Sequence record: MT586120.1
Reading direction: 5' to 3' (one strand)
DNA length: 64,000 nucleotides
The position numbers were made by a program, and so were the translations under genes. Positions 55,263 to 64,000 of the stretch are shown one piece after another. Position 1 is the first letter of the stretch. Each line of letters opens with the position of its first letter. A model generated the notes under the pieces. That model searched no databases, was not told the origin of the DNA, and saw nothing but the letters and a program-made list of their open reading frames with translations.

Positions 55263-57428
55263 ATGTCAGTCAACCTAGAAGTCAAAGGCACACTTGCCCG
55301 TCTGCTCGCAACAGAAGACCTTTTGGTTGAGCACAAGAATGTAAGCACCGCTAGCTTTAACGTCCATAGCCGTGTCCTTACGCTCCCACGATGGGAGAAA
55401 GCATCTAATAATGTATTCAACCTCCTCATCTCCCACGAAGTAGCCCACGCTCTCTTCACCCCAGATGAGGATTGGAGAAAGAAAACTAAAATCCCACAGG
55501 GCTTCATTAACGTCACAGAAGATGTGCGTATTGAAGTATTGATGAAGAAAAAATACGCAGGTCTCCCCAAAACATTCTTCCGTGGATATCAAGAACTCCA
55601 CGATCAAGACTTCTTCGGCATTGCTGATGAAGATGTATCCGCAATGAATATTGCTGATCGTGTAAACCTACACTTCAAGATCGGCAACTTCCTAAAAGTT
55701 CCTTTCACAGCTGCCGAGATGGTTGTTGTGGACCAATGTGCTGCCGCTGTAACCTTCGATGATGCTATCGCAGCAGCAGAGGCACTCTATGCCCTCCACG
55801 AGCAGCAGAAAGAAGAACAGCAGCAATCTGCTAATGAAGAAGTTAGTTCTTCCCCAGAGAGCACCGAGGAGCCACAGGGAACTGATGGTGGAGAAAGCGA
55901 AGAGCCCGAAGAGGCACCATCTGATAGTGAAGGTGAATCAAGTGAGGGTGGCGCTCCCCAAGAAGGTGAGGGTGATGAGGAACCTATTGAGAGAACTGAA
56001 AGTGATGATATTGAGAATGTTGGTGGAGATTCTGCTGGTAATCTTACTGATGAAGTAAGTACTATGGAAAACTTTAATGAGAACCTTGAAGATATGGCTA
56101 CAAAGAGTACCTATAATGAGCCTCTTTACCTGACTTATCCATCATTCCCAGCTGATAAGTATGTTGCTACTAACAAAGATGTTCACGAATATATTAGTAC
56201 TTCATTCACAATGCAACGCCAATTCTTCTATGATAATAACCCAGAAAATGCTGATTACTTTATCAATAATCTATTTGGGGTATATGATAAAAAGTATGCC
56301 GAATTCAAGCGAAATATTCAAAGTGAAGTCAACTATATGGTAAAGGAGTTTGAGTGTAAGAAGTCTGCTGCCGCATACTCCCGCGCATCAACATCTAGAA
56401 CTGGTGTTCTTGACTGCACTAAACTCCATACCTATAAGTACAACGAAGATTTATTCAAGAAAGTAACAACTCTCCCACAGGGGAAGAATCACGGTCTTGT
56501 ATTTGTTCTGGATTGGTCTGGCTCTATGTGTTATATCCTAGAAGATACTATCAAGCAACTACTCTCTATCGTTATGTTCTGCGATAAAGTGAATATTCCC
56601 TTTGAGGTCTATGCATTCACTAACGAGTGGAACCGAGATAATGCAAGCTTCCAAGCAAACTCTGATACTCCAAATGAGTTTATGGTTGGTGATGAGTTTA
56701 GTATGATGAATATTCTTACTAGCACAGTCAATCGCAAAGAACTACAACGCCAAATGCAAACAATCTTTATGATTGCTGCATCCTATAATACTAGGGGTGG
56801 TGATATTGTTCCTAGCAGAGTAGGTCTTTCTGGTACTCCACTCAATGAGGCACTAATCTCACTACGCAAAATCCTTCCACAATTCAAAAAGAATAATAAT
56901 GTTGAGAAAGCACACGTAATGGTTCTCACTGATGGTGAAGCTGGTTGGACTAGGTATACCACTGAAATCCAGTCATATGATGGTCAAAGTAAAATTAGTG
57001 TGGGGCGATTGGGTCATCAGAATGGATATCTTCGCAACCGAGTTACAGGTTCTGTCCGTAAGATTGATAAGAGTAGATTGGGTGGTGTGACCACATCAAT
57101 CCTTGAAGACTTGCGCGATGAGTTCCCAGAAAGCACTTTCACTGGATTCCGTATCCTAGAGAGGCGTGGTAACTGGTTTGTCCGCCAAGCAGTCCAGTAT
57201 GATGAAACTCAAATATCCAAGTGGAAGAAGGAGAAGTCAATTGCTCTAACTAATGCTGGGTATAATAAGTACTTCATTGTTGCTTCTGATAGTATCCAAG
57301 AATCCACTGAATTTGATGTAGATGATGGAGCCACCAAAGCTAAAATCAAATCAGCATTTACTAAATCACTAAAAAGTAAGAAGAGTAACAAAAAAGTATT
57401 GGGTGATTTCATCTCTCTCATCGCATAA
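55263..57428 (+). CDS. CobT-like protein: N-terminal HExxH metallopeptidase-like domain, acidic linker, C-terminal vWA domain
   Basis: ISHEVAHALFT; E/G-rich linker; SRTGVLD..KLH.YK; VFVLDWSGSM (MIDAS); GTPLNEA; VLTDGE. Confidence 0.85.
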   Translation: MSVNLEVKGTLARLLATEDLLVEHKNVSTASFNVHSRVLTLPRWEKASNNVFNLLISHEVAHALFTPDEDWRKKTKIPQGFINVTEDVRIEVLMKKKYAGLPKTFFRGYQELHDQDFFGIADEDVSAMNIADRVNLHFKIGNFLKVPFTAAEMVVVDQCAAAVTFDDAIAAAEALYALHEQQKEEQQQSANEEVSSSPESTEEPQGTDGGESEEPEEAPSDSEGESSEGGAPQEGEGDEEPIERTESDDIENVGGDSAGNLTDEVSTMENFNENLEDMATKSTYNEPLYLTYPSFPADKYVATNKDVHEYISTSFTMQRQFFYDNNPENADYFINNLFGVYDKKYAEFKRNIQSEVNYMVKEFECKKSAAAYSRASTSRTGVLDCTKLHTYKYNEDLFKKVTTLPQGKNHGLVFVLDWSGSMCYILEDTIKQLLSIVMFCDKVNIPFEVYAFTNEWNRDNASFQANSDTPNEFMVGDEFSMMNILTSTVNRKELQRQMQTIFMIAASYNTRGGDIVPSRVGLSGTPLNEALISLRKILPQFKKNNNVEKAHVMVLTDGEAGWTRYTTEIQSYDGQSKISVGRLGHQNGYLRNRVTGSVRKIDKSRLGGVTTSILEDLRDEFPESTFTGFRILERRGNWFVRQAVQYDETQISKWKKEKSIALTNAGYNKYFIVASDSIQESTEFDVDDGATKAKIKSAFTKSLKSKKSNKKVLGDFISLIA

Positions 57429-57468
57429 TGTGCTATAATAAACACATTAGTATTACTATTAGATAATA

Positions 57469-57669
57469 ATGAAACTAACCAAAGAACTAATCGCAGAGAT
57501 TGAATGTGCTCTGGATATGCGAAAGAAAAATGGTGATGTAGTCTGGGAAGACGGTGACGATATTGAAGTACAAATCGCTGGCGTATATGCTGGCGATAAG
57601 TTTATTGTTCTAAAAAATAGAACAAAGAGTCCTGTTATTAGTAGTGTCGCACCTACGGTAAGTGAATGA
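57469..57669 (+). CDS. Small hypothetical protein (66 aa)
   Basis: ORF track; TGcTATAAT upstream at ~57432-57440. Confidence 0.7.
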   Translation: MKLTKELIAEIECALDMRKKNGDVVWEDGDDIEVQIAGVYAGDKFIVLKNRTKSPVISSVAPTVSE

Positions 57670-58406
57670 AAAAAGTAGCAATCTTTGGTTCATCTAGAAC
57701 TGACCCAGACAGTAAGCTCTATGCTGCCGTAGAGCGGCTAGGAAAGCGTTGCGCTCAATCTGGCTGGACTGTAGTCACTGGCGGTGGACCAGGCACTATG
57801 GAAGCAGCAAATAAGGGTGCATCATCTGTTGACCTTACTAGGTCAGAAGCAGAGGCAATCTATCTACCATTTGAAGAGGCAGTCAACCAGTATGTATATG
57901 ACTATACAAAGCACGATGATTTCTTCACTAGACTGGATACTTTCTCAAATTGTGATGCCTTTATTGTTACCCCTGGTGGAATTGGTACTCTCCTAGAGAT
58001 GGCTATGATTTACCAGCTGGTTCAAGTCAATCACATTGAACAGAAGCCAATCATCTGTGTTGGTAGAATGTGGAGAACTCTCAAAGACTGGTTGGAAGAA
58101 GAGATGGTTGAGAATGGTTTTCTCTCCAATAAAGAGATGGATTACATTCACTACGTTGACCGTTTCGGTGAAGCCACTGCTCTCCTTAATTATTTACACG
58201 CCGGACCACTGGAACCAACCGAAAAAGATTACTCGACAGTTGTTAGGAATGAAGAACCCACAAGTAGTGAAATCGATAAGCTTATGAAAGAATCTGGTAT
58301 GTCTTGGTATGAGTCAAGAGAATACCTTAGAGACCTTTCGTATAGGGGAGAACATCTAAATAAACCCAACAACCAAAGTTGGGGTGATTTTTGGAAAAGT
58401 TATTAA
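57666..58406 (+). CDS. LOG/SLOG-family nucleotide phosphoribohydrolase with C-terminal extension
   Basis: VAIFGSSR; VVTGGGPGTMEAANKGA; PGGIGTLLE (PGGxGTxxE motif). Confidence 0.85.
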   Translation: MKKVAIFGSSRTDPDSKLYAAVERLGKRCAQSGWTVVTGGGPGTMEAANKGASSVDLTRSEAEAIYLPFEEAVNQYVYDYTKHDDFFTRLDTFSNCDAFIVTPGGIGTLLEMAMIYQLVQVNHIEQKPIICVGRMWRTLKDWLEEEMVENGFLSNKEMDYIHYVDRFGEATALLNYLHAGPLEPTEKDYSTVVRNEEPTSSEIDKLMKESGMSWYESREYLRDLSYRGEHLNKPNNQSWGDFWKSY

Positions 58407-58432
58407 TTTAATCAATTTGACCACCTATCAAA

Positions 58433-58477
58433 GTGACCACTGCCCCACTACGGGGCTTTTTTATGCTCTATAATAAT
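58433..58477 (+). promoter_or_regulatory. Hairpin-containing promoter/terminator element upstream of the CobS-like gene
   Basis: GTGACCACT-GCCCC-ACTAC-GGGGC-T6-ATGCTC-TATAAT-AAT; twin of 55198-55242. Confidence 0.7.
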
Positions 58478-58498
58478 CACATACAACACAAGCCCATT

Positions 58499-59638
58499 AT
58501 GCCTCGCCAACTCGCTATGACTACTCAAGAGATGCTGGACAATTTGCGCTCCAATTTTAGTGAGGAGATTTCTGCTGCTGATGTTCGTGCCTTCTGTGCC
58601 TCACAAGGCTTGGCTTATCAGACAGTAACCCGCCGTCTAGAAGAATATAAGTCAGGTCGCGGTAAGTGGAACCTTAATATCTCCCAAGTAAAAGCAGAAC
58701 TTGAGCACACAGTAGAAGCTCCTTCTGCTGTAAAAGCAACTCCTATGGTTGAGCAGAACCTAGTTCCTGCTAAAGACTCAACCTTTGTTCCATTCGGAAA
58801 CTTCGCTGATGTAAAGCAAGTAATCAAGTCAAATCTATTCTATCCCACATTCATTACTGGTCTTTCTGGTAATGGTAAGACTTTCAGTGTGGAGCAAGCT
58901 TGCGCTCAACTAGGACGCGAACTTATCCGTGTAAACATTACTATTGAAACTGATGAAGACGATCTTATCGGCGGTTTCCGTCTTGTTGATGGTGCTACTG
59001 TTTGGCATAATGGTCCCGTTATTGAGGCACTCCAGCGAGGTGCAGTCCTCTTGCTTGACGAGATTGACCTGGCATCCAACAAAATCCTATGTCTGCAGAG
59101 CATTCTTGAGGGCAAGGGGATTTTCCTTAAGAAGATTGGACAGTACATCACTCCAAGAGAGGGATTCAATGTTATCGCGACTGCGAATACAAAGGGTAAG
59201 GGATCAGATGACGGTCGTTTTATCGGCACCAACGTTCTGAATGAAGCCTTCCTTGAGCGCTTTCCAATCACCTTCGAGCAGTCATATCCTTCCGTAGCAA
59301 TCGAAACCAAGATGCTCAAGGGATACGCCAAGACCTTGAATATTGATGATGCTACCTTCTGTAAGCGCCTAGCTGATTGGGGTGATATTATCCGTAAGAC
59401 CTTCTATGATGGTGGTGTTGATGAAATCATCTCTACCCGCCGCCTAGTCCATATCCTTCGTGCTTACAGCATCTTCGGAGATAAAGGTAAGGCAATCAAC
59501 ATCTGTCTCAACCGATTTGATGATGAAACTCGCCAGTCCTTTATGGACCTATATGGTGCTGTGGACAATGAAGTTGACTTTGAGACCAGTGAAGTGGATG
59601 TCAATGCGATGTCCCCAGCTGACTCCAATTTATTATAA
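58499..59638 (+). CDS. cobS: CobS-like / MoxR-type AAA+ ATPase
   Basis: TGLSGNGKT; RVNITIETDEDDLIGG; LLLDEIDL; NEAFLERF; ISTRRL. ATG 58499 (track start 58433 lies in the promoter). Confidence 0.88.
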   Translation: MPRQLAMTTQEMLDNLRSNFSEEISAADVRAFCASQGLAYQTVTRRLEEYKSGRGKWNLNISQVKAELEHTVEAPSAVKATPMVEQNLVPAKDSTFVPFGNFADVKQVIKSNLFYPTFITGLSGNGKTFSVEQACAQLGRELIRVNITIETDEDDLIGGFRLVDGATVWHNGPVIEALQRGAVLLLDEIDLASNKILCLQSILEGKGIFLKKIGQYITPREGFNVIATANTKGKGSDDGRFIGTNVLNEAFLERFPITFEQSYPSVAIETKMLKGYAKTLNIDDATFCKRLADWGDIIRKTFYDGGVDEIISTRRLVHILRAYSIFGDKGKAINICLNRFDDETRQSFMDLYGAVDNEVDFETSEVDVNAMSPADSNLL

Positions 59639-59664
59639 TTGTGGTATAATATAGAGGTAATCCT

Positions 59665-60114
59665 ATGACTAACTCCTGGGCTATGCTACAAGAAGAACTA
59701 GAAGCGATGCGTGATCGTGGTTATGAAATGACCGCTGAAGGCATCTGGATGGGACGAGATCAATTAACCGAAGAAGTTGTCGTCACAGAGACTGCAAAAG
59801 ATGCTAACTTTTGGAAGTATAGTGAGGGCAAAATCCTCCGTGAGATTGAAGCATACTTATCTGGTACCTATAAGGGTCACTATGTAGCCGATGATAGTAA
59901 GATCCAAACTCTAGACCTTATTGATTCCATTGGTGATAGTGAGGCATTCTGCCGCAGTAATGCTATCAAGTATCTTTCACGCTTCGGTAAGAAGAATGGT
60001 AAGAATCGCCAAGATATCTTGAAGGTTATTCACTATGCTATCCTTCTATATCACTTCGCAAATCTTCCATTCAGTGAAGATGCAGTAGAAACACATAGCC
60101 CAACTGGGCGATAA
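59665..60114 (+). CDS. Conserved phage protein, DUF3310-like
   Basis: TYKGHY; FCRSNAIKYLSRFGKK; DILKVIHYA; TGgTATAAT upstream at ~59642-59650. Confidence 0.7.
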   Translation: MTNSWAMLQEELEAMRDRGYEMTAEGIWMGRDQLTEEVVVTETAKDANFWKYSEGKILREIEAYLSGTYKGHYVADDSKIQTLDLIDSIGDSEAFCRSNAIKYLSRFGKKNGKNRQDILKVIHYAILLYHFANLPFSEDAVETHSPTGR

Positions 60115-60167
60115 TATGCTATAATCATTACACTCCTCAAACAACCCCCAAAGAATATCTATTTGTT

Positions 60168-60836
60168 ATGAAACTATCTGACTCAACTATTTCAGTTCTT
60201 AAGAACTTCAGCTCTATCAACCAGAGCATCATCGTTGGTGAAGGCAACACCTTGAGAACTATTTCAGTTATGAAAAATATACTAGCTGAAGCAACTGTTG
60301 AGGAGACTTTCCCTCGCACCTTCGCAATCTATGATCTCAATGAGTTCCTAAACGGTCTATCACTCCACGATGACTACACCCTAGACTTCTCTAACGACAC
60401 TTACGTTGTTATCCGTGAAGGTCGTCGCCGTGTGAACTACCACTTTGCTGACCCAGAGGTCATCGTAGCACCCCCCGAGAAGCAGCTTGTACTCCCTTCT
60501 AGTGATGTACGCTTCCAGTTGGACCATTCACAGCTTCTACAGCTTGTGAAGGCAGCCAGCGTCTATAAGCTCCCTGACCTTTCTGTTGTTGGTGAAGAAG
60601 GAACCATTAGCTTGGTTGTCCGCGATAAGAAGAATGACTCTTCTAACATCTTCTCCGTTGATGTCGGTGAGACCACTGATGACTTCTGCTTCAACTTCAA
60701 GGTTGAGAACACAAACAAAATCCTCGCAGGAAACTACGATGTTGTTATCTCCCAGAAGCTTCTAGCTGAATTTACGGGACAGAAGAACAACGTTCATTAT
60801 TGGATTGCGTTGGAGCCAGATTCCAGCTTCGGCTGA
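60168..60836 (+). CDS. g45: Sliding clamp gp45
   Basis: MKLS..T...LKNFS.INQSI; FAIYDLNEFL; FNFKVEN; YWIALEPDS. Confidence 0.95.
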   Translation: MKLSDSTISVLKNFSSINQSIIVGEGNTLRTISVMKNILAEATVEETFPRTFAIYDLNEFLNGLSLHDDYTLDFSNDTYVVIREGRRRVNYHFADPEVIVAPPEKQLVLPSSDVRFQLDHSQLLQLVKAASVYKLPDLSVVGEEGTISLVVRDKKNDSSNIFSVDVGETTDDFCFNFKVENTNKILAGNYDVVISQKLLAEFTGQKNNVHYWIALEPDSSFG

Positions 60837-60844
60837 TACACAGA

Positions 60845-60869
60845 GCCTCCCGTAAGGGGGGCTTTTTTT
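60845..60869 (+). terminator. Terminator after g45
   Basis: GCCTCCC-GTAA-GGGGGGC-T7. Confidence 0.85.
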
Positions 60870-60898
60870 ATGCTATATATTATAGATTAGATTATATT

Positions 60899-61093
60899 AT
60901 GACTTATATTGCTACACCTGGACTTACAGAATATACAGTAGTATTCAGAGCGCATCCCAGACCAGACGGAGCCAAATCATTTCGTACCATCTACGCATAT
61001 ACATTAGAAGAGGCAACAAAGGGTATCTATCATTTACCGAACGCAACTAATATCGTTGAAGTCACTGATTGCTTTCCTACCATCCGTAATTGA
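60899..61093 (+). CDS. Small hypothetical protein (64 aa)
   Basis: ATG 60899; the track start at 60800 crosses the g45 terminator. Confidence 0.6.
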   Translation: MTYIATPGLTEYTVVFRAHPRPDGAKSFRTIYAYTLEEATKGIYHLPNATNIVEVTDCFPTIRN

Positions 61094-61251
61094 TGAACCT
61101 ATTATTAAGAGTCCACGAAAACCCCGCTGACCCAGTATGGAGTGTAATATTTCTCACATTCCTAGCCGTAGCGGGGGCAAGCTACTACATTTACTATCTC
61201 ATCAAACTTGCCTTTGATGAATACGAAGGTGAAGAACGCCCCAAACATTGA
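61093..61251 (+). CDS. 52-aa single-pass membrane protein (MNLLLRVHENPADPVWSVIFLTFLAVAGASYYIYYLIKLAFDE...)
   Basis: TGATG coupling; hand-translated. Confidence 0.65.
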   Translation: MNLLLRVHENPADPVWSVIFLTFLAVAGASYYIYYLIKLAFDEYEGEERPKH

Positions 61252-61402
61252 GTAAGATGGGTGTAAATACTCATATCTATTAAAAGTGTAATGGGTTATA
61301 CTGTATCCATAGCGAACCGAGCGCTTTATATTCGGCTTTCCTTGTAAATTCCAAGGACACGGTTACGGAATCTGGGGAACGGAAAGCCCTAGATGCTATA
61401 CT

Positions 61403-61425
61403 GCCCCCGTAAGGGGGTTTTTTTT
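61403..61425 (+). terminator. Rho-independent terminator
   Basis: GCCCCC-GTAA-GGGGGT followed by a T run. Confidence 0.8.
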
Positions 61426-61457
61426 GTGCCTAAATAAATCAAAATACTTTTTATATT

Positions 61458-61913
61458 ATGTCTGGTATTACTACATATCGTTGGGCAGATGAACTTGGTG
61501 AATATCTAGTTGGAATTACCACAGATCCTGGCGTCCAATACACAATTCCTACCCTTGTAGGTAATAGGGATTATGATACTTTTGTTGCTCTTGGAGTTAC
61601 TGCACTACCATATGTACCCCCAGTAATAGTTCATAGTCCAGATTATATGGCATTTTGGATTGGTTTGATATCATCCCCATATTATGTTAAAGTTAAAACT
61701 GGAGCATCTACCGACTTACAAACAAACACCTCAGCAACGGAGTTTATTGCATTGATGGGAGATGCTAAAGGTGGTATGCGGATCGAATCAGCACTACAAA
61801 CCTCATTCGATGAACTTCTCACCTTAGTTCCTGCTGATGCTGCGGATCAGTTGTACTTGGATAATCTTCTAGTACAGACTCATTTAGATCAGACTTTCAC
61901 CTTAAATTATTGA
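61458..61913 (+). CDS. Late hypothetical protein (151 aa), possibly tail-fibre-assembly-like
   Basis: CTAAATA at ~61430-61436; IPTLVGNRDYDTF resembles the 'IP....N.DY' motif of fibre-associated small proteins (weak). Confidence 0.65.
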   Translation: MSGITTYRWADELGEYLVGITTDPGVQYTIPTLVGNRDYDTFVALGVTALPYVPPVIVHSPDYMAFWIGLISSPYYVKVKTGASTDLQTNTSATEFIALMGDAKGGMRIESALQTSFDELLTLVPADAADQLYLDNLLVQTHLDQTFTLNY

Positions 61914-61966
61914 TAGTTTTATCATATGATAAATACTATTGATTATGTGTAAATGTTATAATTGTC

Positions 61967-62998
61967 ATGGGTCGCAAAAAAAATACTTACCAAATCTATA
62001 GAGAGGATGTTTTTGATATAGATCTTCCTGAAATAAATTATTCTTTCGATTCTGTTTTTGCAGAACTTAAGGGTGAGTTGAAGGAAGGTAGTATCAGAAA
62101 CTCCAAAAAAATTAAAAAGCGGGCACCACCCAAGCCAAAGAAAACTGTAGTAGAGCAAAAACATACCTTACGTAGTGTAGAAGATATTGCATCTAAGTTG
62201 GATAGGCTTGAAAGAACGCATCCAACTATAACTGAAAACACAAATGATCCATTAGCATTATCCAACACTCCCGAGTATATGACTCAAAGGGAGTTTCAGA
62301 AGCATTATAAGTTACTATTAGATCGCGTACAGATACAGTTAGGTTCATTAGGTGGCGGTGGTGCTGTTGCTATCCGAGATATGGAGGATGTTGAAACAGC
62401 TTTCATAACGGATCCAGCAACATTAGATGGCGCAACGATGAAGATGCGCTATAACTCAACTCAAAAAGTATTGGAGTTTTATGGTGATAATACTACATTA
62501 TTAGATCAAAGAACTATATCTGGTACGGCAGATATTAATGTTAATTTCCTCAATAATAATTTTGAAATTTCATTGAGTGAGAGTATAACACTTCCAGGTA
62601 CACTTAATACCATTGGAATCACCTCATTAGCTTCAAGTGGTGCAGATACTAATATTGGTGGAGATATTCTAGTAACAGGAATGGCAAAAGCTACTAAATT
62701 TACTACAACTTCAGATGAAAGATTAAAAACTAATATTGCAAAGATTGAAGATCCACTTGAGGTTATTTCACATCTTGAGGGTGTTAAGTTTAACTGGATT
62801 TCTGATGGTAGTGATGATGTTGGACTAATCGCTCAGGATGTTGAGAGGTGTTTACCTGAAGCTGTTACAGAACATAAAGATGTTAAGAGTGTTAATTACA
62901 ATGGGGTAGTAGGATTGCTTGTGGAATCTGTTAAGGAGTTGTCGAAAGATAATCAATTACTGAGGATGGAGATTGAATCATTAAAGAGAAGACTCTGA
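61967..62998 (+). CDS. Tail-fibre-like protein with C-terminal peptidase S74 intramolecular chaperone
   Basis: TSDERLKTNI; I..LEGVKFNW; VGLIAQDVE..LPEAV; VNYNGVVGLLVESVKEL; upstream QLGSLGGGG. Confidence 0.8.
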   Translation: MGRKKNTYQIYREDVFDIDLPEINYSFDSVFAELKGELKEGSIRNSKKIKKRAPPKPKKTVVEQKHTLRSVEDIASKLDRLERTHPTITENTNDPLALSNTPEYMTQREFQKHYKLLLDRVQIQLGSLGGGGAVAIRDMEDVETAFITDPATLDGATMKMRYNSTQKVLEFYGDNTTLLDQRTISGTADINVNFLNNNFEISLSESITLPGTLNTIGITSLASSGADTNIGGDILVTGMAKATKFTTTSDERLKTNIAKIEDPLEVISHLEGVKFNWISDGSDDVGLIAQDVERCLPEAVTEHKDVKSVNYNGVVGLLVESVKELSKDNQLLRMEIESLKRRL

Positions 62999-63100
62999 TA
63001 TACATATTTTTATAAATATTAACCGTATTCCCATGTTTAATTGGGGGGAATATGCTACATCATGTGTACGTACTCGTGTAGTGTATAAAAGAAGGTAAAG

Positions 63101-64000
63101 ATGTCATACGAAATTAACGAAGTCGTCATTATTGACGGAAGTCGTAATATTGTAAACGCTGGTGTTGGTACTTTTACTAAAGTTCACCCAGCAGAATTAG
63201 AAGTTGGAACCTCAGGACTAGCTATCTCTGATGTTCTAAACGAGACAGATCTAAGTAGTGATAGTGCATCAGCACTACCTACCCAACACGCCGTTAAGGC
63301 ATATGTTGATGCTGCAATCTCAACTGTTCAGTCAGATATAGATGCTAATGAACTAGCTTCCGACAACGCAGAATCTGCTTTGTCTGGTCGTCTAGACACT
63401 CTAGAAGCTGATCCAACAACAGCAACTGCTCTAGCAGCAGTTCAGGCTGATGTGGATGCCAATGAACTAGCTTCCGATAATGCTGAATCAGCATTGTCTG
63501 GTCGCCTAGACACCCTTGAGGCTGATCCAACAACTCAGACTCTATTGACTGCCGAGGCAAGTGCCCGCACTAGTGCGGATTCAGCATTGTCTGGTCGCCT
63601 AGACACCCTTGAGGCTGATCCAACAACTCAGACTCTATTGACTGCCGAGGCAACTACTAGAGCTTCTGCAGATGCGTCCGAGACTTCAGCTCGTCAAGTT
63701 GCAGATAATGCACTTTCTGGTCGCCTAGACACACTTGAGGCAGATCCAACAACCCAAACATTGTTGGATAGCGAAGCATCTACTCGCTCCGCTGCTGATG
63801 TTCTATTGAATGCGGCAGTTAGTAATGCTAATCTAGCTATTGCTGCTAACGAAGATCATATTGATAACCTAGCCACACTTTCTGGTGTTGCTAAAGATGC
63901 AGAAAATCTTGGTTCCTTCACTGGTTCCACGATTTCTGATAACATCACAATCAAAGCTGCTCTACAAGATCTAGAGACTGGTGTTGATAACGCTCTTGGT
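63101..64000 (+). CDS. 3'-truncated fibre/coiled-coil structural protein with ALSGRLDTLEADPTT repeats
   Basis: Hand-translated open frame from ATG 63101 (MSYEINEVVIIDGSRNIV...) to the window end; TATAAATA 63011-63018; PTQHAVKAYVD motif; absent from the track because no stop is reached. Confidence 0.85.
   Translation, partial: MSYEINEVVIIDGSRNIVNAGVGTFTKVHPAELEVGTSGLAISDVLNETDLSSDSASALPTQHAVKAYVDAAISTVQSDIDANELASDNAESALSGRLDTLEADPTTATALAAVQADVDANELASDNAESALSGRLDTLEADPTTQTLLTAEASARTSADSALSGRLDTLEADPTTQTLLTAEATTRASADASETSARQVADNALSGRLDTLEADPTTQTLLDSEASTRSAADVLLNAAVSNANLAIAANEDHIDNLATLSGVAKDAENLGSFTGSTISDNITIKAALQDLETGVDNALG
63341..63752 (+). repeat. Intragenic coding repeats in the fibre gene
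   Basis: Four LSGRLDTLEADPTT units; 73 nt exactly identical at 63488-63560 and 63581-63653. Confidence 0.9.

Noticed and set aside
55263-59638. Cobalamin biosynthesis (cobS/cobT) as an auxiliary metabolic pathway
   Set aside because: Only the generic AAA+ and vWA domains are present, there is no cobN or other cob gene, and the vWA protein carries an HExxH domain; a chaperone-like role is more parsimonious.
2708-60869. Near-identical terminators at 2708-2731 and 60845-60869
   Set aside because: Short GC stem with GNRA loop is a common phage terminator design; flanks are unrelated, so no mobile element is implied.
1-64000. tRNA or rRNA genes
   Set aside because: No cloverleaf with a GTTCRA T-loop was seen in the intergenic regions by eye; tRNAscan-SE/ARAGORN would be needed to exclude them formally.

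Overview
A 64-kb segment of a T4-like myophage genome. Gene content and order (giant gp7, DUF4815-type virion protein, CobS/CobT-like pair, 2OG-Fe(II) oxygenase) point to a cyanophage of the Kyanoviridae type. Almost all coding is on the + strand. Layout: (i) 1-2700, end of an early region of small unknown ORFs, most preceded by a repeated ~65-70 bp hairpin-promoter-leader cassette; (ii) 2732-3782, ~1 kb non-coding tract with tandem repeats and two candidate small RNAs; (iii) 3753-5944, three tandem late-promoter units encoding paralogous tail-tip/adhesin-like proteins with a shared N-terminal part and unalignable C-terminal domains; (iv) 6735-48308, baseplate, neck, terminase, tail and head module (g25, g6, g7, g8, g13-g23, g3); (v) 48319-60836, uvsY, uvsW, g55, g47, g46, 2OG oxygenase, vWA/CobT-like, LOG, CobS-like AAA+, g45; (vi) 61430-64000, a late tail-fibre-like island where g44/g62 would normally follow g45. 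No tRNA, rRNA, CRISPR array, reverse transcriptase, intron or intein was recognised. The strongest leads are the early cassette array, the triplicated adhesin cassette, and a sigma70 promoter-plus-leader element present twice on the minus strand (non-coding tract and back-to-back with g55). All family assignments come from motif recognition by eye; no database search was run.
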